Shown one piece after another: positions 52,548 through 64,000 of a stretch of 64,000 bases of DNA. How positions within the stretch are numbered: position 1 is the first letter of the stretch; each line of letters starts with the position of its first letter. Made by a program: the position numbers and the translations under genes. Origin of the DNA: Zygnema circumcarinatum SAG 698-1b. Lineage: Eukaryota > Plantae > Zygnematophyceae. A model generated the notes under the pieces. That model ran no database searches. It had not been told where the DNA came from and saw only the letters and a list, made by a program, of their open reading frames with translations. The stretch lies in NCBI GenBank assembly GCA_037447605.1, contig CM074812.1:2790001-2854000 (forward strand), written 5' to 3'.

Positions 52548-52745
52548 GTGTGCGTAGAAGCAAAGAGCGCGAACTGCGACAGCACATTGATCCTTGTCTC
52601 GCAAAATGACACTTGCATGAGTTTGAAGAAATGCTTCACCAGCATCAAAGCATTCAAAGCCGTGAACAGATATGCCTGCTCTGCGAAAGCCTTGAAGGCT
52701 GCGGCAAAGATCTGTGTTCTTGCGACGAGTCAATATGGAAACTGA
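52548..52745 (+). other. 65-codon Cys-rich ORF in frame with the Pro rod, separated from it only by TGA CAG
   Basis: ...[83 protein letters not shown]; six Cys are shared with the paralog 1 copy. Confidence 0.5.
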
Positions 52746-53059
52746 ACCAAGTAAGGACTTCACATAGAGATGGGGTGCGCTTTTAAGAGGTCGTATGGAA
52801 GTGAACTTGGAAGCACTCAATATGGGAAGAAAACTCGAAATTCTTCTAAGTAACAATTGTATTGAAGGTTTGGATACACTGCAGACCGTCTACCTTATTA
52901 CTTCGAGCATTGCCGTTGACTCTAGTTACCGACTTGCTTCATAGACATATGATAGATATTGTTGTGAGTCTTATTTGTAGAGTGGACAAACTTTTGATGA
53001 TAAAGTAACAAGTGATTTGATAGTGATCTGCTTCCCTTGCGATATTCCTTCTAATCCAC

Positions 53060-55345
53060 CCCTCGCCAGGTGCGCACAACGGATACGCCACTTACAAAAA
53101 CACTTCTTCATCTCCTCCATGGTTTCAGCTCCTTAACTCCATGCTCCTCCAATGGTCTCTACGTGTGATGCGACACACCGCCCATACAATGGTCGCCTCC
53201 ACTCATTCACCACGCCAATCCAACACAAAGACTTACACGACAATTGACACAGTAGTAAGGAGAAAGCCCACGGCCCTAAAACTCCTGAAACTCCATGAGT
53301 GTAATACAAGCTCTTTTAGAAATCTATATAATTCCCTTATACTCGATTCTCCTCCTCACATGAGCACTATTCTATCCTCTAATAAATAGCTTACACTCCA
53401 AAATCAGTAGTCAAGCACTACTTGCCTCCATGAACTCCTCCTCTACCTCAACACATGAGGGACACACCACCTAATGCCTTCACTAAAGCTTAGCATGATG
53501 AGAGCTAGTTCTTTCACGACATTCATACACAAGGCCGAACTCCTCTAGGCCTCGGTCTCTCGGTCTCTGGCTACTCTTCCTATACAAGAAAGGTCGAGCA
53601 GCATAACATTCAGAGAAAGTAAGTAGGGAGCCAAGCTTGCTCCCTCATATACGATGGCGGCCAACGTGACGTGACGCCGTTATGTCACGGCCGCCCATGC
53701 AGCTCCTTGCAAGAGCCTAATCCTGATCCTAATCTTGCGCCGTCGGATCCTCCTAGGCTTGCACGGATCAGCTCCTCAGCCCGTCAGATCCGACTCAGCC
53801 GCATCTCAATCCGCGTCCTGCACCGTAGGATCAGACTCCTCACCAAGCCGCATGCGGGCCCCCGTTGTTGGTGTGAGGGGGCAGACTGGAGAGACCTAGT
53901 GGAAGAATAAAACATGCTTTAGTCAACTCCAAAAACTTCTTCAACTTCTACTTTGGCCACATACCGCTTCCGCCACGATATGCCTTCTCTTCCTCCCCTC
54001 ACCAGGTGCGCACAGCGGAAAACAAAACGCGCCACCTACAAGAACACTTCTTCATCTCCTATATGGTCNNNNNNNNNNATCTGACTCCTCACTAACTCAG
54101 CTGCATGTGGGACCCCGTAAGCCTACGGTCGCCACCGACCTAGGCCCTACAGGCCTTACCCCGAATGTGACACGTGGCGCCTTCCGATTCGCCACTGTCC
54201 TCCACATGAGACACTGCTGATGCAGCGCCTCCTCACTCCTGATTCACTGCGCCGACATTCTGATGTCGCGCCTTGTCACTTTCGAATCTGCCGCGTTGCG
54301 CCACGTCACTCCTGACTCCGCCGCGCTGTGCCTCAGCACCGACCAAAATCCGTACTTCGAAAGTACATACCTAATCATGCGAAATGTCCCGCAAGGAGAT
54401 TGCGTCGCGATCTGCACTCTGGCGCGACCAATCATGTCGCTTAGTGCAGATCCGCCTTTCGCGCCAAAGACCTCCGCGTCCGTACATTTCCGCGTCGTCC
54501 GTACAGTCGCGCTCCAGACCAATTAATGCGCATCCAGCGCACCCCCTTTGGTACGGTCTAAGCCTAAGCCGTAAATCTACGACCCTAGACCTTCCCTAGA
54601 CCTGCCGTACATTGCCCTAGCAATTCGGGCATCCCCCATGTTTGGTCCTACACCAAACATGACCATTCATGCATGATATTGTCCCTACATCAACACATGA
54701 TCTCCTGGACAACATCCATGCTAGGAACTAAGTACCAACACCTTGATGTACCTATACATCAACACCCGTAAGCCTACGGTCGCCACCGACCAAGGCCCTA
54801 CAGGCCAAGGGCTTTACCGTAGACCTGACATGTGGCGCCCACCTTCCCAAACAACCATAGAACTGTGGGCGTCACGCCTACATCTTGACGGCGCAAATTT
54901 CTCCACCGACATTGCCGAACCCTGCATCATATCACGAATGGAGATTGCGTCGCGATCCGTACGCTGTCGCAACCAATCATGTCGCTTCGCACAGATCCGC
55001 CTCTCGCGCCCAAATCTCTGCTTCTGTACATTTTCGCGTCATTCGTACAGCCACGGGCTGTCCGTACGGCCACGCTCCATCCAATCAGGCGCATTCCGTG
55101 CACCCCCTTTGGTATTGTCTGAGCCTAAGCCGCAAACCTACGACCTCAGACCTTCCTAGACCTGCCGTACCTTGCCCTAACGATACGGGCACCCCCCCAT
55201 GTTCGGTCCTTCACCAAACATGACCATTCATGCATGAACATTGTCCTTATACCACATTGTACAGCTTCCACCAACACATTGATGTCCCGGACAACATTCA
55301 TGCTAGGAACTAAGTACCAATACCTTGATGTACCTATACATCAAC
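53060..55345 (-). mobile_element. Degenerate LTR-family copy with internal tandem duplication (same family as 56629-57976)
   Basis: Block 53186-53680 matches 56634-57150. Blocks 54113-54765 and 54766-55345 are tandem copies, each ending in ...ATACATCAACA (minus strand TGTTGATGTAT...). There is an N gap at 54069-54078. Confidence 0.65.
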
Positions 55346-55353
55346 AACGCAGA

Positions 55354-55550
55354 GGGGCAAATAGGGGGGAGTCAGACCTTGCCCGGAGGTGCAAAAGGCT
55401 ACTGAATTGCTCTCTTGAATTTTCGGCGCCCAAACCTGCCGAACCTGCGCTTTTTACTGAAAATGCCCGCCGTACAATGCTGAATTCGCCCGACGGGCTT
55501 ACAAAATTGATTTGGCGATGGTCAAGGTCTGACTCCCCCTAATATTTGCC
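55354..55550. mobile_element. Small foldback/MITE-like element
   Basis: ggcaaatagggggggagtcagaccttg ... caaggtctgactccccctaatatttgcc, an imperfect ~27-bp inverted repeat about 140 bp apart. Confidence 0.5.
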
Positions 55551-56143
55551 AAAACCATGGCGAAAATATTAAGGGGGCGAAAATATTAATATTATATTAT
55601 TAGTATGTGTAAAACAACAACTTCAAAGTGACATTTTTTTTTTACATAGAATCTGACACGTGGCGTGTGCACGAGCGAGATCTGAAAACTTGCATGCGGT
55701 AATCCAATGGCTCTCATTATAGCGTGGAGACACGTGGCATCTCCATGAGAAACCCAAACATTTGTTGCTTACAACAGGCAACTGCCAACTGGCATGGAAC
55801 TGCTGCTTGTGATACGTGAAGATGACACGTGTACCTCTCCATCGTTGGCGTGCCAACCTTTGGCCGTGCCAACCATTGGCCGTGCATTATTGCCGACGTG
55901 TTTTTGTGGGAATTTACTATTTACACACCTTTTCTGGCTAGATCTGCAACATTCAAAAACATTAAAAATCCCAAAAACCCTGGATGTTGGTGCAAGGGGT
56001 CAGTGGGCAGACTTCAAGGAAGGGATCAATACATGCCCGGATGAAGCTCAAACCTTTCTTCATCTTCCACTTGGGCCAAATACCGCTCCCTCCGCGATCT
56101 GCCTTCCATCCACCCTTTGCCATGTACAGCGGAAAACTAAAAG

Positions 56144-56618
56144 TGTAGCGAACTGAACGCTACAGTCACCAAAATGCCGTCGGCGTTTCGGAGAAGACTA
56201 TTACGGTTCGGCCGTACAGTCACACGGCTCGGTTGTACGGATCCGTACACATCTGTACGAATAGTACGAATAGTACGAATAGTACGGACTGTCGGCGACT
56301 TTTCGCCGCGAAATGTCGCGTTCGTTAAGGGCGCGCGACCCAACCTTGTGCGGCATGATTCGTCGTGTACGTACAGTACATTGGAATTGGCTAGCGGCAA
56401 TGAGAGGTCGTTGACTTATTCCAATGTTGGCCACATGGCATTTTTCTATTGGCTAGCCCTGCTCCCGGTCCCTCACGCTGGTAGAGGGTTCGACGGGGGG
56501 AGCGTATAAAGGGCGTGGAGCGTATGCAAGAGTATCAGAGATGCGGCACTTGCATACACTCTAGAAACCAGCATTATACATTCATGTGACTTAGTCTCCA
56601 ACAGGTTTTGGGCACAGT
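56144..56618 (+). mobile_element. Probable Ty1/copia 5' LTR plus primer-binding site, truncated
   Basis: TG at 56144, GTATAAAGG at ~56505, ...CCAACA end at 56603, then GGTTTTGGGCACAGT. This is two mismatches from the copia half-tRNA-iMet PBS as I recall it (GGTTATGGGCCCAGT). The LTR start is inferred. Confidence 0.5.
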
Positions 56619-56628
56619 GCTCAAGGCT

Positions 56629-57976
56629 TGTTACAATGGTCGCCTCCACTCATCCACCACGTCAATCCAACACGAGGACTCACATGACAAATGATGCAGT
56701 AATAAGGAGAAATCCCACGGCCATAAAACTCCTTAAACTTCAAGAGTGTAATACAAGCTCTTTTAGGAAATCTGCATAGTCCCTTATGCTAGATTCTCCT
56801 CCTCACATGAGCGCTATCCTATTCTCTAATAGATAGCTTACACCCCAATTGCAGTAGCCAAGCACTACCTGCCTCCATGAACTCCTCCTCGACCTCAATA
56901 CATGAGGGACACATCATCTAACTTCTTCACTAAAGCTGAGCAGTATGAGAGCTTGTTCCTTCACGACCTTCATACACAAGGCCGGACTCCTCTACGCCTC
57001 AGAATCTGCTTACTCTTCCTAAACAACCAACGACAGAGCAGCATTACATTCAGAGAGATTGAGTTGAGCTTGAGTGAGTGATGAGAGAGCCAAGCTTGCT
57101 CCCTCTTTAACACCATGGCGATGTGACGTGACACAATTGTCACGTCACGGCCGGCCCTTGCATTCCGCTGAGTGGGCGCACTCAGAATTAGCGACCAGCT
57201 AGTGCGCCTCGTAAACCTACGATTGCACCGACCTAGTTCTTGTCTATCCGTACAGTTCCGCCGCTTCGCCAGCCCTCAGCGTTCTTCCCGCCGACCATTC
57301 TGCCGTACACTAGTGCCAGCGGACCCACTACGCGAGTGGTCCACATGGCGCGTCTCAATTCGCCGCCGACATTCCCTTGTCGTTTCCGCGCCGCAACTTT
57401 GCTCTCCGCGTTTCACGCTCGCGCCGCGACCAATCAGAATCGCTCGTCAGTACTCCGCGCACTCGCGGCGCACTCAGCCGCTTTGCGCTCCGTACTCCGC
57501 ACTCGCGCTGCGACCAATCAGCGCACTCCAAATATCTGACATTCGTCTCCACCGACATTGCCGAACCCTGCGTCACGTCACGCTCAGACATGCGCCGCGA
57601 TTTGCGTGCTGTCGCGACCAATCATGTCGCTTCACGCAAATCCGCCTCTCGCGCTTCCAAATCTCCGCGTCCGTAAACTTTCGCGACGTCCGTACAATTC
57701 ACGCGCCGTCCGTACGGCCGCGCTCCAATCCGTCCAGGCGCACTCCGCGCGCCCCCTTTGGTTCGATCTAAGTCAAAGCCGCAAACCTACGACCCTAGAC
57801 TATTCCTAGACCTGCCGTACCGTGCCCTAATGATACGGGCACCCCCCATGTTTGGTCCTACACCAAACATGACCATTCATGCATGACATTGTCCCTATAC
57901 CAGCACATTGATCTCCCGGACAACATTCATGCTAGGAACTAAGTACCAACACCTTGATGTACCTCATACATCAACA
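56629..57976 (-). mobile_element. Solo-LTR-like element, ~1.35 kb
   Basis: Termini TGTT...AACA; TATA-like TTAAAGAGGGAGCAAGCTTGG on the minus strand near 57100; homologous blocks at 53186-55345. No target-site duplication is visible (AGGCT vs CTGGA). Confidence 0.65.
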
Positions 57977-59999
57977 CTGGAAACCCTAAAATTAAATCAG
58001 ACCGGCGAGAAAAGATGTGTATAATTCCAAAAAAAGGCGTGAATATAGCAAAAAAGGTGTGCACCTTGCCAAAAAAGTGTGTATCTAGCTCAAAAATGTT
58101 CATCTAGCCAAAAATGGTGGGTTAGTAGACCCTAAGTTTTTTGTTGACGCGACTCACCGCCTATAGGAGAGCAATGGCTCTTACGGGCGCAGTTCCATGG
58201 AAAGTTCCGCCGTCGTGTGCGACGCGATTCGGGTTCCATCAAGGCATGTTTTCCCCATGTGGCACCTACGTGGCGCTGACGTGGCTGTCAGGAAAGAGGT
58301 CCAAGTTCCGAGTTTCGCCGTCGGACTCCATCAGGGCGCGGATTGCAGACGTGGATCCTACGTGGCGACGACGTGACGCCGATGTGGCTGTCGAGACCGT
58401 CGTTCTTTGGATCGCACCCAAATGACCCCGTTTTGCTTAACGGTCGAAACCAATCCTACGCTACCACGTGGCCGATGGGGATCCGTCTTGATGCCACGTC
58501 GGCTCACAACCCACTACCGCCTCGACTGCCGCTCAAAAATCCTGAGCTAGCAGCCAATCGGAGGCCGCCACGTGTTGAGTACGTGGCACCTCCGATTGGA
58601 AATCTGGTTGTAACGGAATCCTACTTTTTCATGATGAACTGGCCATCTGACGTGACACAGTTTAAATGCACTTCATGGAACCCCCGAGAAAGTTTGGAAA
58701 CAAATTTCTTATTAGGTTACATGGAACTGCTCACCCGTTGAACGGGTAACCAGAATTACGAAATTGCAGTGAACTACGGAATTCCGCTGTTGGAAATGTT
58801 TTCCGTACGGCCAGCAAGAATCAAGTTCGGAATCCAAAAAATCCGAATCCTGAGAAAGAATCCGTATCCAAATCTGTGACCTGGAATATGCTAGACGACA
58901 AACCAGGCTTGACGCCACAAATCTGACCAATGAAAAGTTACCACGAAAACAAATTGTCCACGTGGCGAGTTTCCATTGGTAAGTGTTCTACTAATGGCCC
59001 GGAAAGGCCTTTGAGAAGCTTCCCGGAACCGCAAAACGACAAAAGGCGGCCTTTCAGGAACTGGCCAAAAAAAAAAGGGTAGTGATATTTCCACCCCTTT
59101 TTTGGATCCAAACACCCCTTCCCGGCCGGGCAGATTTCAAAAAGGATTAAAAACGGAAAATGCTTTTTTCACACCTTTTTGAAATCGATACCCACCCTCC
59201 ATCGGCAGATTTTTTTTTTGCGAAACAAGGAAAATGATAACCCGTCACCCCATTTTGAATATCCCGCCTACCTGAATTTTTTTCCACGCGTGCGGTCATC
59301 GCAGCCGTCGATTCCCTCGCAGATCGCAAAACGGCAGATCACCATTTGATCTGCAGCCGGGCTCGGTCACAGCGAATGGCACGTGCCCACGTATCCCGCC
59401 AAAGTCGTCTCAAAAGTATGTTCGTACAAATGTCGTACGGTCGCAACTTGAGGAACCCAGAATTTCGTACATTGAGACCTTAAACCAATCAAAATTTTCC
59501 ACGTCAATCATGAAACACGTGGCAGATTTTTATTGGCTGGGAACTAACAATGACGAGATCTCGGGCCGAGGGACGCGCGCACTCGTACGTGCGATCCGGC
59601 TTTGACGGGACTCGTGGGCGCTTTCCATTCGCTAAGATCAAGCCCGGCTGCAGATCGAACGGTGACCTGCCGTGGTGCGATCTGCGAGGGAATCGACAGA
59701 TGCGATTGTCACGCACGTCCGCTTCGAGCGGATTCGGGCAGGCAGATATTTCTTTCCCTCAAAAAAACAACAGGCTGCGGATCAAGATCCTCGTGCGTTG
59801 CCATTTTATAGAAATGTCTTCGAACCTTAATTATGTGAAGTGAACTGAAACGGAAACTGATCGAACACATAAGCTGTTTAATATTGTGTTCTGTTCAGTT
59901 GCGCGAGGTGCGATTTAACCAATTAGAATGCACCACGTGGCCACTTTAAACACGCTGCGACACATACCCTATTTACAACAATACGTCCCGTAAAACATT

Positions 60000-60410
60000 C
60001 AAAACGAGCGCTGTCGTACATAGAAAACGACACGTGGCAATGACAGAATGGGAACGCGATATACCCCATTTTCTGCGCATTCGATCCAACGAAACGCACA
60101 ACCAATCAGGACGCGCGACGTGGCAACGTCAGACTCGCGGCAACTATACCCCATTTTCATTAAATCCATCTTTGACAACCTAACCGAATCCGTACGCCAC
60201 ATAAAACATCAAAATCGAACGCTGTCGTACGTAGAAAACGACCCGTGGCAATGACAGAATGGGAACGCGATATACCCCATTTTCTGCGCATTCGATCCAA
60301 CGAAACGCACAACCAATCAGCACGCGCGACGTGGCAACGTCAGACTCGCGGCAACTATACCCCATTTCCATTAAATTAATCTTTGACAACATAATCGAAC
60401 CCGTCGTACG
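60000..60410. repeat. Two-copy 211-bp tandem duplication within transposon-like DNA
   Basis: gctgtcgtac...cgtggcaatgacagaatgggaacgcgatataccccattttctgcgc... occurs twice with a 211-bp offset; the ORFs at 60048 and 60259 share the same N-terminal translation. Confidence 0.9.
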
Positions 60411-62499
60411 GATCAAAACGATGACTAAGCTTTTGCCTACGGCAACGCAAAAAAGGGAGGTTAGATTTGTACCGTGATGAAGTGACAGAAATTCCACGTA
60501 GCTTGGCACAGCAGAAACCAACGACGTCCAAGCCGAACTGAACGCAAATGATCAACGAACAAAACTATTTATTAAGTCACATCAAATAAGGCTGTCGTAA
60601 CAATGGATTAGAAGCAGCGACTCGCAGTTTGTCGAGCACAAATAGAGAACATTCGCGTATGCAGCCAACCTTTGACGCGTGCGTTAGAAGGCGGTTTTAA
60701 TTTAACCAACACGATGACCGTTTTGGGCGTTGTCAGCGAACCATTCCAAATCTTTAGCGTGTCCATAGTTTGACAACACAAAAGGTACATTACGGTTTAC
60801 CAACACATACCGGTACAAACATCCGTTTCAAGCATTGTCAACCCGACGAATGCAATCCCTCGCGCGATTACAAAAAATCGTACCAAAATGGACCCACATC
60901 CTCGTCCACAGCGATTGTCCAAATCACCGTTCGTGCCGGTCACGGTGGCGGCTGACGGTTGTTTCCTACCGATTGCCCTCGTTGAAGATCCTTTGACCGT
61001 CGAGTCCTCTTTCATATTTTCCGTTGCCCGTTAAATACGGCCCGTTACCGTTCGGAATGGCGGACCCGCATGAGTGGTCCACATGGCACCGCGATTAAAT
61101 GTGGCCAGGCGACCGGGCTGGCGACTCCACTTGGCAACTTCTTTCCGCGCTTCATTGATGGCGAGCGCCCGAAACAAAAATTAACCGGAAAAAGGAAAGT
61201 GAAAGTCCAACGAGGCCAACGATTAGGCGTAGCGTGCATCTAGCGGCGTCGTATCTTGGCGTCGCATGAACGGCGTCATGGGTGTCACATAGCCTTTGGC
61301 GTGTCCTTATGAACTGGCTGCTTGGTGAATCGCCCGCCCGAGAACACGGTGAACCAGTAGATACCTGTGGTGACTACGATGGTGATCGATACGTGTGGCA
61401 ATACCGGGCTATTTGTTGGTGGAGGGACTCACTCATTTCTTTGCCCGTCAGTTCTCCATTGGTCACCCTCATTCCGGAGTTGGCGTTCGGTCGGCGATGA
61501 CATATTCAAATCCCTCACATTCACTCATAGCCCATTTTACTCCGCGAGTGAATCCACGACAATAATGCAGTAGGAATACTTGAGAGAAATGAATAGGAGA
61601 AAGCTCACGGCTCTAAAACTCCTTAATAGTGAATTCACTCATACATTGAGACCCCTCTCGGAATCGACGTGAAAGCGATCTCACGACTCCTTTACCTCCG
61701 CGGCCTGCGGGTAGGGTGTAGTGTCGCTGACCGAAGCTGACGGCATGCTTGAGAGAGGCTAGCGGCTGAATGAATTGTTTGCCTACAACAAAAACAATCC
61801 TTAAGTACCATGTCACTACACACGTGACAACATGCTCTGGCTTCACAACATCGACTACGCCCGCAGCGGCCCTATCCCATCCTAATCTCAAGCAATGCCG
61901 CGGATCCTCGTGACTCACACCTGACCCGTAAATTTTGCTTCCGGCCGGACCGACTCGCCTCTTCCGGTTTCAATCCACGCTCGCGCCGTAGATTCCACTC
62001 GCCTTCCAAGATAGACGCCGACGCTGGTCTCGCTATTGCCTCACGCCACCGGCTAATTCGACACGCAGCCCGTATAATTCTCAATCAAGCAAGGCCGGCT
62101 AATCTCGCTGGACGCTTACTTCGCGCTTCTCAAGTCCAAATCAGCCTAATCCAAAAGGTCGACGCCACACGCCACCTCTGGGCTCATACATAGCCAAGGC
62201 TGGCCGTGCCACACATCTTCGACTGGCCTCAAGGCCCCGCTGGCCCCGCTTATCGCCACTTTCGATTGCCTGCTGGCCGCTACTCGACTACTGGCCACGC
62301 TTCTCCACCGACTAAAGTCCGTGACCGCCATACCGGGTTCAGCACATCGCCGCTGCGCCACACACAACACACGCACACAAAACTAATGTCCCAACAACAA
62401 CTTGTCTAGTGACTAACTACTATACACTAACAAAAACCCCGCGGCGTCTGCATAGCGGCCAGCCACCTTCGGTTATTATTTCGCCTTTGGCGGCGCCTT

Positions 62500-64000
62500 T
62501 GTAGCGCCAGGTCGACGCTGTCGCATCGCAGCGTGTGGCGGTCGCGCATAGCGGCGTGGCGGTGTCACTGCAGCAGCGTGTGGCGAATTTTGCACCGATC
62601 CGATCAGCCTCTGTCGATTAATGATGGCGTCGGCCATCCCTCGCTGCCCGAACACGTAGTCGTGACGCCAGCGGAGCAGCCCAGCTGCAGCGCTGGCGAT
62701 GCCCGTTCCGGGCATTGTCAGCCGGCCAGTCACCGATGTAAGCTGGCCTTCACGACTACACGGGGCGCACAGCGCGCAGCGGAGATCTCCGTGCGGTTCG
62801 TCAGGTACGCTGTCGATCCGGTCCAAAGGCGGTGTTCAGAGGACACCGGCATCTTTGGGACGTAGCGTCACCGGACCTTGCGCTTGCAGCGCCTCGGCGG
62901 CACTTGCAGCCGGTCGGCGTGTATGCATATCACCCGCGTCATTATCTTGTAGCGTGCGTATATCTTGACCCGGCAGCGAACTTCAGCCTTGACGGCTTTG
63001 GGCGGCCGGCTAATATTCAATGGCGATCGCCAGACAGCGTACTATACTTAGCGAGCGTCGCCCGATGGTGGGCCTGCCGGTCCTCATCTTTGGTAGGGGT
63101 TAGGCCGAGTGATATTATAGGGGCCGAGAGTCTGCTTGGCATTCAACCCGGAAACCGGCTTTTCTCTCTCTCTCTCTCTACCCCTCACGCCTCCTTGCTG
63201 ACCCGCCAGACCGGTACCTGGACTCCCATTACATTGGTATCAGAGCCATTTTTCTTGATCTGCGGCTGCTCACCGCTTCCACCATGGTCACCACGCGCGC
63301 ACGGGGAGCTGGGGAACCGGCACCGTCGGAAACACCGCCGTTCCCCCTTCCTCCTCCACCTCCCCGGTGCCGTGACCTTCACGGTAGGCGGGGCCTCGAG
63401 AGGCATGGCACTTCCTGCGGCCGAGACTCCGGTCCTGTGACCTCGGCAGCGCGAGTCCCGCCCGGCCGAGCCAAGATCATTTGGGAGGGCCACCCAGAAA
63501 TCCTCCTGTGCGCGAGGACTTTAGCCGCCCGTTGACAGCAGCGGATCGACTCCGTGGCGAAGAAGCGAACGACCTTCGTCGCGTTGGCGCTCCGCGATGG
63601 CCGGGCCGACGCTGTGGAGCGGCGGATGCGCCTCCTTGGAGCTCCTCTAGCGGTCCACCGGCGCCGGGGAGGACCGAGAGGCGACTTGTAGGGACCTCGC
63701 GGAGGGAGTCGGGCAGGACATCGAGGAGGCAAAGTCAGCCTCGCGCAGTGAGCACGGTCACTCCTCAGAGTCCCAGGGTGCCACCTCTGTGAACTCGTTG
63801 CCGGTGGTACCTCCCCCTCCCCTCCCGGCCGGCCCACCTCCGGGTACCGGACGGCGACCCACCTGCCCCACGGGCAGGGGCTCCTGCGATATCTGATGGG
63901 GTAATCCTCCCCGTTGTGGGGGATACCCGCGATCTCCCACACGCGGGTGGGGCCAGGCCGGTGGCCTGACCGCGAGGCGTGCTTTCCATATTTGGGGTTT
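62500..64000 (+). mobile_element. 5' part of an LTR retrotransposon: LTR, tRNA-Met PBS and degenerate gag start
   Basis: The LTR ends ...CCCATTACA at 63233. The canonical plant PBS TGGTATCAGAGCC is at 63235-63247. ATG 63284 begins MVTTRARGAGEPAPSETPPFP, and downstream frames are broken. The LTR start (~62500) is approximate. Confidence 0.8.

Noticed and set aside
48901-52657. Gly-rich minus-strand ORFs (also 29819-31146) as glycine-rich proteins
   Set aside because: They are antisense shadows of the Pro rod. The plus strand has the splice acceptor and links to the NIDO exons.
63284-64000. An intact gag ORF
   Set aside because: The frame from ATG 63284 ends at 63535 and the other frames are also interrupted, so it is recorded only as a degenerate LTR element.

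Overview
Eukaryotic, intron-rich, plant-lineage DNA. Arabidopsis-type telomere motifs, a transit-peptide mTERF, an F-box/LRR gene, tRNA-Met primer-binding sites and algal-style Pro-rich wall proteins suggest a streptophyte alga or early-diverging land plant; this is an inference. Most of the supplied ORF track is spurious, because GA/CT/GGGAGA tracts are open in every frame, so genes were rebuilt by hand from GT-AG exons. Supported genes: a complete 9-exon PITHD1 (4639-8633, -), an F-box/LRR-type gene (~11.8-13.5 kb, -), an intronless mTERF (32901-34172, -), part of an unidentified membrane-protein gene at the left edge, and two tandem paralogs (18136-31078 and 36561-52544, +). The paralogs are the most striking content. 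Each encodes a signal peptide, three nidogen-G1/NIDO-like domains built as 5-exon phase-1/phase-1 modules, and a long Ser-Pro(n) hydroxyproline-rich rod. A Cys-rich ORF sits in the same frame just beyond a TGA shared by both copies. The paralogs also show patchy divergence, duplicated exon tails with intact splice donors, and a perfect 128-bp hairpin satellite where an exon is missing in paralog 2. The right-hand 11 kb is nested LTR and DNA-transposon debris, ending in the 5' part of an LTR retrotransposon. Several 10-N gaps limit interpretation.
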